Origin: Planctomycetota bacterium
GTDB lineage: Bacteria > Planctomycetota > UBA1135 > UBA2386
Direction of reading: 5' to 3'
Length of the DNA stretch: 64,000 nucleotides
NCBI GenBank assembly: GCA_046290465.1
Contig: JBKAGP010000001.1
Coordinates: forward strand, 4,064,001 to 4,128,000
Of the stretch, positions 57,726-64,000 are shown piece after piece. Position 1 is the first letter of the stretch. Every line of letters begins with the position of its first letter. Position numbers and translations under genes: made by a program. Under the pieces are notes generated by a model that was not told the DNA's origin, searched no databases, and saw only the letters and a program-made list of their open reading frames with translations.

Positions 57726-60220
57726 AGCAGGTTGAAGCGCTTGCGCAGGATCCACTCGATCGACAGCAGCACGAGCACGAGCGTGATCGTCGGCCAGCCG
57801 TCCCAGATGGCGTGCGGGGTGCGGAAGGTGTCGGTCGCCGAACGCGACGGGATGTCGTCGAGCGCCTTGAGCAGCTCGGCGGGGGTGTCGAACAGCACGC
57901 CGCCGTTGGCGCCGGCGATCGCGGCGAGTTCGCTGCGTTCCATCGGCCCTTGCGACTCGATCTGCGCGGCGACCACCTGGAACGAGATCTCGACGGCCTT
58001 GCCGATCTTCTCGACCGGCCGCACGCGGTAGGTGCCGAGCTGGGTCGGCCGGTAGCGCAGCGAGTAGCTGCCGGGCAGCGCCTCGATCGGCACCAGCTCG
58101 ATGTTCTCGGCGGCCTCGCCCTCACGTTCGACCGAGACGACGAACGACTCGGCGATCAGCGGCTGCAGCACCTCGTCCTTGACCTCCGCGACCAGCTCGA
58201 TGGCGTCGCCGAGGTCGATCTTGTCGTCGCTGCCGAGCAGGCGCAGGCGGCTGTTGCCGGCCTGCAGTCGCCCCTCGAACAGGTAGCGGATGCCGTTGAC
58301 CCAGAACCGGTTGTAGGCGTCCTCGTAGAGCGCTCGCCAGCGGTAGGTCTCGTCGGTGCCGAGGAACAGCACGCGGCCGGCACCGAGCTTCTGGATCGCG
58401 ATGACCGGCATGTCCTTGCCGCCGACGCGGAACTCGGGGCTCGGGTGGCCGGCGAGCGACGTCGCGATCGGCTTGAGGCCCGACACCGGGAACCAGAAGT
58501 GGAAGCCCGGGATGCGCTCCCAGAGCAGGTTGCTGGTGTCCTTGTCGTCGTGCAGGCGCATCACCTTGGAGCCGATGCCGTCCATGCCGTCGGGCGTGAC
58601 GCGGTAGCGCCACGGCCGCGGGAACGCCTTGCCGAGGCCGAGCATCTTGCGCTCGGCGAACTCGACGTTGGGCATGATCGGCAGCAGGTCCGCGATCGGC
58701 TGCGTGTTGGCCGTCGGCCGCAGCGCGTCGAGCGTGTGCTGCTCGCCAGCGACCCACCAGAAGCCGCAGCCGCCCTCGACGATGTGCTTGCTGAGGTTGT
58801 CGCAGAAGCGGCGCGTGAGCTTCTCCGGATCCGGATCGATCATCACGACGACGTCGTACGGATCGAACTCGGCGCGCTCCTCGGGCAGGCGCGTGATGCG
58901 CACCTCCTCGTTGCCCTCCTGCGGGAACTTCTCGTCGGCGCTCTGCAGCCAGCAGGAGACGTCGATGGTCTTGTCGCGAATCAGCAGGTTGCGCAGGATC
59001 TGGAACTCGTGGCTCGAGCTGCCGGCGAGCAGCAGCATGCGCAGCCGTTCGCCGAGCACCTCGAGCGCGGCGGTCTTGGTGTGGCGCTCGGCGACCATCG
59101 GCTCGCCGTCCGGCGGCACGATCTCGGTGCGGTAGACGAACCGACCGGGCGCCTCGCTGGTGAGGTCCTTCCAGTTGATCGTCGCTTCCTGGCTCTGGCC
59201 GATCTGCACCTGCTGCGTGCGCACGACGGTCTCGGCGCCCTGCTCGTCGGCGCGGATCAGCCGCGCGGTGACCGCGACGCCGTCGTAGCCCTGCGAGGTG
59301 ACGGTCGCCTTCATCTCGTAGGGGTCGCGCTGGAACACCTTCGACGGCGCTTCCATGCGGGCCAGCGTGACCGTCTGGGTCTCGGACGGGTCGCCGACGC
59401 CGAGCACGAACGTGTGCGGGATCTTGCGCTGCTCGAGCAGGCGCGCGATCTCGGCGCCCTGCGGACCGGCCGTGCGGCGGCCGTCGGTGACGAACACGAC
59501 GGCGGCGATCTCGGCCGGGCGGCTCTTGTCGAGCGCGGTGCGCAGCGCGCCGCCGAGGTTGCTGGAGCGGCCGTCGGCGACCAGCTTGTCGAGATCGAGC
59601 ACCGGCACGGGCTCCTTCTCGTCCGGGTCCTTCGGCAGCGGTTCGCCGTCGGGGCCGAGCTTGGGCGGCGGCGGCGGCACGACCGGCAGCTCGCCGATGG
59701 TGCCGTCGAAGCCGTAGAGCTGCACGCGGTTCTTGGCGGCGAGCTTCTGCACCAGCGCCTGCTCGTCCTTGGCCAGCAGCGCCTTGACGAGGTCGAGGCG
59801 GGTGACCGTCGCCGGATCGTCGGCGCCGGCTTCGGTCCAGCCGACCTTGGCGCGCTGCACCTCGTCGCGGCGCCACGCATCGATGTGCGTCATCGACTGC
59901 GACGTGTCGACCAGCAGGATCGTGTGGCCTTCGCGGACCTCGCGCTTGACCGAGACCAGGTTGGGCTCGAGCAGCAGCAGGATCACGGCGAGCACCGCGA
60001 GCGTGCGCAGCGAACCGAGCACCAGCCGCTGCCAGACCTTCAGGTTCTTGCCGTCACGTCGGTAGAGGAAGCCGATCAGGATCACGGCGACCGCCATGCC
60101 CATCAGCACGAGCATGCCGAGGCCACCGGTCGGGAAGTTGGCGAACTCGAACTGCAGCTCGGAGCCGGGTTCGACCTCGATCCCGCGCCACTGCGCCAGC
60201 CATCGCAAGAAATCGTCCAT
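57722..60220 (-). CDS. Membrane-anchored vWA domain protein with a GATase-like domain
   Basis: MIDAS DTSQSM, VTDGR, GAGRV..GTDETYRWR..FW and C-terminal EWILRKR. Confidence 0.88.
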   Translation of the reverse strand: MDDFLRWLAQWRGIEVEPGSELQFEFANFPTGGLGMLVLMGMAVAVILIGFLYRRDGKNLKVWQRLVLGSLRTLAVLAVILLLLEPNLVSVKREVREGHTILLVDTSQSMTHIDAWRRDEVQRAKVGWTEAGADDPATVTRLDLVKALLAKDEQALVQKLAAKNRVQLYGFDGTIGELPVVPPPPPKLGPDGEPLPKDPDEKEPVPVLDLDKLVADGRSSNLGGALRTALDKSRPAEIAAVVFVTDGRRTAGPQGAEIARLLEQRKIPHTFVLGVGDPSETQTVTLARMEAPSKVFQRDPYEMKATVTSQGYDGVAVTARLIRADEQGAETVVRTQQVQIGQSQEATINWKDLTSEAPGRFVYRTEIVPPDGEPMVAERHTKTAALEVLGERLRMLLLAGSSSHEFQILRNLLIRDKTIDVSCWLQSADEKFPQEGNEEVRITRLPEERAEFDPYDVVVMIDPDPEKLTRRFCDNLSKHIVEGGCGFWWVAGEQHTLDALRPTANTQPIADLLPIMPNVEFAERKMLGLGKAFPRPWRYRVTPDGMDGIGSKVMRLHDDKDTSNLLWERIPGFHFWFPVSGLKPIATSLAGHPSPEFRVGGKDMPVIAIQKLGAGRVLFLGTDETYRWRALYEDAYNRFWVNGIRYLFEGRLQAGNSRLRLLGSDDKIDLGDAIELVAEVKDEVLQPLIAESFVVSVEREGEAAENIELVPIEALPGSYSLRYRPTQLGTYRVRPVEKIGKAVEISFQVVAAQIESQGPMERSELAAIAGANGGVLFDTPAELLKALDDIPSRSATDTFRTPHAIWDGWPTITLVLVLLSIEWILRKRFNLL

Positions 60221-60233
60221 CGTCAATCACCGC

Positions 60234-62561
60234 CTAGCGACGGCCGAACCTCCATGCGAGCAGCGACTCGATCAGCAGCCCCGCGAGCAGCAGCGCCGCC
60301 AGCAGCGGCCACGCCTCGCCCTCGGCGGCGGCCGCGCCGACGCCGGAGTCGTCCCGCACGAACGTGACCAGGTCGTGCACGTTGCTCGGGTACATCTTCT
60401 TGAAGCTCGCCTCGTCGAACGAGACCAGCCGGCCTTCGTCGATCGGGCCGTTGCGCGCGATCATGCGCTTCTCGGCGACGCCGTCGTGGCGCTGCAGGTC
60501 GATCTCGTAGGCGCCGCAGTGCGACAGTTCACGCAGGTCGACCAGCACCTCGAGCATCGGGTTGTCGGCCGGCTTCTGGTCGCCGTTCTGGTCGCCCCCA
60601 TTCTGGTCACCACCGTTGCCGGCTGCGTTGCCGGTGTTGGCATTGCCGGTGTTGGCATTGCCGGCGTTGGCATTGCCATCGCCTTCGCCCGCACCCGCGG
60701 CCGCCTCCGGCTTCGGCGCGACCGCGGTGAACGTGCGCTCGTCCTCGCCGGTCATCGCGCGCAGCGTGACGTCGGGACGGTAGAGGCCGGGATCGATGAG
60801 CTGACGCCAGACCCCGTCGGTGCCGAGGTTGTTGCGGCTGGGGTCGTCGCGCCGCGCCGCAAAGTGGTGCAGCTGGTGGGTCACGACCAGGAACAGGTCG
60901 GTGCTCGGCAGGTTGCACCAGAAGCGGTCGGCGGTGATCGCGAACAGCGCGACCTCGCCGCCCTTGCCGCCGAACGAACGCGTCGTCAGCATCGGCGGAC
61001 CGTCGGCGTTGCGGACCCGCGCGACGATGGCGGCCTCGTGGCCTTCGGGCTCTTCGAGCGTCAGCCAGCGCTTGACCTGCACCCAGTTGCCCAGCACCAG
61101 CTGGAACAGCTCGGCCACGCCGTCGCACATCGGATGCTCCGTCGACGCCAGGAAGGCCGGCTCGGGACGATCGGGATCGCCGTCGATCTCGCCGATCGGC
61201 AGCGGCAGCGGGCCCTGACCGTCGCGCCACAGCAGTTCGTTGTAGCGCGGCGCGTCGACCAGCGAGCCGACCGTGATCGCCAGGCCCCCGCCCGACATCA
61301 CGAACGCCTCGAGCCGCTCTGCGGCTTCCTTGGTCGGCGCCTGCACGTTGCAGAGCCAGACCATGTCGAACGCGCCGAGGTTGACCTCGTCGAAGCCCGA
61401 CTCGGTCACCACCTGCGCCTCGATGCCGGACTCCGGCACGTCCAGGGTGGCCTGCAGGAAGAACGTCTCGCCATCGTCCTCGTCGGGCTGGCCGTCGACC
61501 AGCAGCACGCGGCTCTTCTCGCGGACCTGCAGCGCCAGCGTGCGCCGGTCGTCGAACGGGAACGTGCCACCGGGCTCGAGCGTCGCCTCGACGCGGTGCG
61601 CGCCGGCGGCGTGGAACGTGTAGTCGAACGGCACCGTGACGCGTTCGCCGGGGGCGAGCTGCGGCACGTCCTGGTTGACGCTGGTCTGGCCGTCGACCTC
61701 GATCGCGACCGTCGTCGGCGCCGTCGGGTCGAGCCCGAAGTTCTTGATGTCGATGCCGAGCGTGACCGGCACCGCGGCGATCGCCAGCCGGTCCTGCAGC
61801 TTGATCTCGACGACCGCGAGGTTGTCGTGCTGCCCGCCGACGTGCAGCACGGTGACGTGCTCGCTGTCCTTGTCGAGCGAGCCGAGCCCCTTCATCAGCG
61901 CCGGCCGCGGCTTGTCGTCGGTCGTCGACCAGTCCCACGAACGGCGGTCGCCGATGACGTAGTACTCGGTGCGCGCGGCGTCCTTGACCTCCTTGCTGCG
62001 CTCGACGGCCTTCTGCATCGCCTGGCCGAGGTCGGCCGAGAGGTCGCTGACGACCATCTCCTTGAGCGCGGTGCCGGCGGTGCGGCCGAAGTTGCTGCCG
62101 ATGCGCTGGGGGGTCAGCGCCCATTTGTCCGGCGCGCTGGTGCGCACGATCGAGAACAGATCGCCGCCGCGACGCTGCGCCAGGTCGTCGGCCAGCTGCC
62201 GCGCCTTGTCCTGCGCCTTCTCGAACAGGTTCGAGCTGCCGCTGCGCTGCGTCATCGACGCGCTGTCGTCGAGGATCACCACGTGGTGGGTGCGCGAGCC
62301 GAGCAGCGCGCCGCCGCCGAGCTGCGGGCGGCTGACCAGCGACACCAGCAGCAGCACCGCCAGCACGCGCAGCAGCAGCACCAGCCACTGCTCCATGCGC
62401 AGGCGCTTGCGGTTGCGCTTCATCGCCTTGAGCAGGAACTCCATCGCCGCCCACGGCACCTTCTTGAACCGGCGCCGGTTCAGGATGTGGATGATGATCG
62501 GCACGGCCGCCAACGGCAGCGCCCACAACAGCAGCGGATTGAGGAAGGCCAATCCGATCAT
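60234..62561 (-). CDS. BatA N-terminal + vWA + CARDB-like domain protein
   Basis: FLNP...PIIIHILNRRR...WAAMEFL, LLLLLR, MIDAS DDSASM, DDRR and a C-terminal TM with IESLLA. Confidence 0.9.
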   Translation of the reverse strand: MIGLAFLNPLLLWALPLAAVPIIIHILNRRRFKKVPWAAMEFLLKAMKRNRKRLRMEQWLVLLLRVLAVLLLVSLVSRPQLGGGALLGSRTHHVVILDDSASMTQRSGSSNLFEKAQDKARQLADDLAQRRGGDLFSIVRTSAPDKWALTPQRIGSNFGRTAGTALKEMVVSDLSADLGQAMQKAVERSKEVKDAARTEYYVIGDRRSWDWSTTDDKPRPALMKGLGSLDKDSEHVTVLHVGGQHDNLAVVEIKLQDRLAIAAVPVTLGIDIKNFGLDPTAPTTVAIEVDGQTSVNQDVPQLAPGERVTVPFDYTFHAAGAHRVEATLEPGGTFPFDDRRTLALQVREKSRVLLVDGQPDEDDGETFFLQATLDVPESGIEAQVVTESGFDEVNLGAFDMVWLCNVQAPTKEAAERLEAFVMSGGGLAITVGSLVDAPRYNELLWRDGQGPLPLPIGEIDGDPDRPEPAFLASTEHPMCDGVAELFQLVLGNWVQVKRWLTLEEPEGHEAAIVARVRNADGPPMLTTRSFGGKGGEVALFAITADRFWCNLPSTDLFLVVTHQLHHFAARRDDPSRNNLGTDGVWRQLIDPGLYRPDVTLRAMTGEDERTFTAVAPKPEAAAGAGEGDGNANAGNANTGNANTGNAAGNGGDQNGGDQNGDQKPADNPMLEVLVDLRELSHCGAYEIDLQRHDGVAEKRMIARNGPIDEGRLVSFDEASFKKMYPSNVHDLVTFVRDDSGVGAAAAEGEAWPLLAALLLAGLLIESLLAWRFGRR

Positions 62562-62597
62562 CGCTTCGGTCCTGACATCTGAGGGGTCTGTTCTCGA

Positions 62598-63638
62598 TCA
62601 GCGCTGGTAGATGGGGACCAGCGCGTGGGGGAGTTGCAGGATGGTGGTGGCGACCGCGGTGCCGTAGACCGCACCGACGTTGTCGCCGCGCCAGCTACCG
62701 TCCTTGCGTTGTTGCGCGAGCAGGTACTTGCATACCTGCCGGTAGTACGTGTCCCAGTCCTCGCCGCCGCGCTGGTAGAGCGCCTGCGACCAGTAGAGGT
62801 GCGTGTAGTAGTGGTGGCCGGTCGTGTCGACCGAGACCTTCAGGTGCTTCTTGCAGAACTGCACCGCCTTGTCGACGAACGGCTGGTCGTCGTAGACGCC
62901 GGCGTTGTAGAGCACCGCCACGCCCGCCGCGGTGATCGCCGGCTGGCTGTTGGAGCCGCGCATCGCGAGCTTGTAGCAGATGCCGCCGTCGGCGTTCTGG
63001 CAGCGCTTGATGTAGTCGACCGCCTTGTCGATCGTCTTCTTGTCGCACAGGATCCCGGCCATCTTGCAGGCGCGCAGGGCCTGCACCTGCGTGACGGTGA
63101 CGCTGCCTTCGTCGTCGTTGGAGTCGGGCGTGTAGATCCAGCCGCCGGCCGACGACTGCGCCGCGGCGATCAGGTCCTCGGCCTTGTCGAGCGCGCGCTT
63201 CAGCCGCCGCTGGGTGCGCAGGTCCTGCTCCATGCCGTAGACCGACGCCAGGAACAGCGTGGCGAAGCCGTGGCCGTACATGCCGTGGTGCTCCTGGCGG
63301 CCGAGCGACAGGTAGCCGGTCTGCGGGTCGGACTTCTTCAGCAGGTAGCCGACCGCGCCACGAACCTCGCGCCAATGACGGCCGCGGGTCGGCGTCGAGC
63401 CGCTCGCGAGGAACGCCATCCCGGCGAGCCCGGTGATCGCGACCGGGTAGGTGCCGTAGCCGCCGGCGTTGCGCCAGCTGCCGTCGTTGGCCTGGTTGTT
63501 CGCCAGCCATGCGAGCCCCCGGTCGATCGCAGCCTGCACGTCGGCAGGCACCGCGCCCGACGAACGCACAGGCTCCTGCGCCAGCAGACACAACGGCAGC
63601 AGCAGCGCAGCGCCGATCGATCGGAACGGGTGGGGCAC
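62598..63638 (-). CDS. Prenyltransferase/squalene oxidase repeat protein (exported)
   Basis: AIDRGLAWLANNQANDGSW, MYGHGFATLFL, GGWIY, QNADGG and QRKDGSW (QW motifs). Confidence 0.9.
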   Translation of the reverse strand: MPHPFRSIGAALLLPLCLLAQEPVRSSGAVPADVQAAIDRGLAWLANNQANDGSWRNAGGYGTYPVAITGLAGMAFLASGSTPTRGRHWREVRGAVGYLLKKSDPQTGYLSLGRQEHHGMYGHGFATLFLASVYGMEQDLRTQRRLKRALDKAEDLIAAAQSSAGGWIYTPDSNDDEGSVTVTQVQALRACKMAGILCDKKTIDKAVDYIKRCQNADGGICYKLAMRGSNSQPAITAAGVAVLYNAGVYDDQPFVDKAVQFCKKHLKVSVDTTGHHYYTHLYWSQALYQRGGEDWDTYYRQVCKYLLAQQRKDGSWRGDNVGAVYGTAVATTILQLPHALVPIYQR

Positions 63639-63645
63639 GTCGGGA

Positions 63646-64000
63646 TCAGCGCTGGTAGATGGGGGCGTAGGCGTAGGGCAGCTGCAGGATCGTCAGCGCG
63701 ATCGCGGTGCCGTAGACGGTGCCGACGCCGTCACCCTGCCAGCTGCCGTCCTTGCGTTGCTGCTTGAGCAGGTACTTGCACGCCTGCTTGTAGTACTCGT
63801 CCCAGTCCTCGCCGCCGCGCTGGTAGAGCGCCTGCGCCCAGTAGAGGTGCGCGTAGTAGTGGTGGCCGGTGCTGTTGACCGACACCTTGATGTGCTTCTT
63901 GCAGTACTGCACCGCCTTGTCGACGAACGGCTGGTCGTCGTAGACGCCGGCGTTGTAGAGCACCGCCACACCAGCCGCCGTGATCGCCGGCCGACCGTCG
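63646..64000 (-). CDS. Second prenyltransferase/squalene oxidase repeat protein (C-terminal part; runs off the window)
   Basis: PAITAAGVAVLYNAGVYDDQPFVDKAV...QRKDGSW...PIYQR, nearly identical to the downstream paralog. Confidence 0.88.
   Translation of the reverse strand, partial: DGRPAITAAGVAVLYNAGVYDDQPFVDKAVQYCKKHIKVSVNSTGHHYYAHLYWAQALYQRGGEDWDEYYKQACKYLLKQQRKDGSWQGDGVGTVYGTAIALTILQLPYAYAPIYQR

Noticed and set aside
62598..63638. Squalene-hopene cyclase
   Set aside because: It is a single ~346-aa barrel with a signal peptide, about half the length of SHC, and lacks a properly placed DxDD motif.

Overview
High-GC chromosomal DNA, probably from a Planctomycetota bacterium. This is an inference from the GyrA QRDR, several carboxypeptidase-regulatory-like proteins and the vWA/BatA/prenyltransferase-repeat/NPCBM/S1C-protease cluster. 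No phage, integrase, transposase or CRISPR array was seen. Left to right the window holds: the end of a surface-glycan locus (GT2, sulfotransferase, GT-C-like membrane protein); sixA, a NUDIX hydrolase and a GT-C protein; an FeS-type photolyase flanked by REP-like repeats; yqeY, gyrA, cinA-like, mutY, fabI; a divergent cysK with moxR; a candidate sRNA and cyaY; a histidine kinase, an RluA synthase and an enhancer-binding protein lacking GAFTGA behind a sigma-54 promoter; an ECF sigma/anti-sigma/RseB-like module; tRNA-Arg(CCG); an M61 peptidase and a CDGSH protein; lexA with an upstream membrane-anchored ORF; a di-heme peroxidase; a CHASE hybrid kinase; a FecCD/Btu-type ABC transporter; and a >17 kb minus-strand vWA/BatA-protease operon. 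The most notable observation is in that operon. A coiled-coil gene (55398->53362) has two in-frame TGA codons four codons apart (GGG-*-TGT-*-SGKQPPLVP), each followed by a candidate SECIS-like hairpin, and the frame continues to a stop coupled to the next gene. It is a candidate UxxxU selenoprotein. All calls come from motif reading only; no database searches were run.
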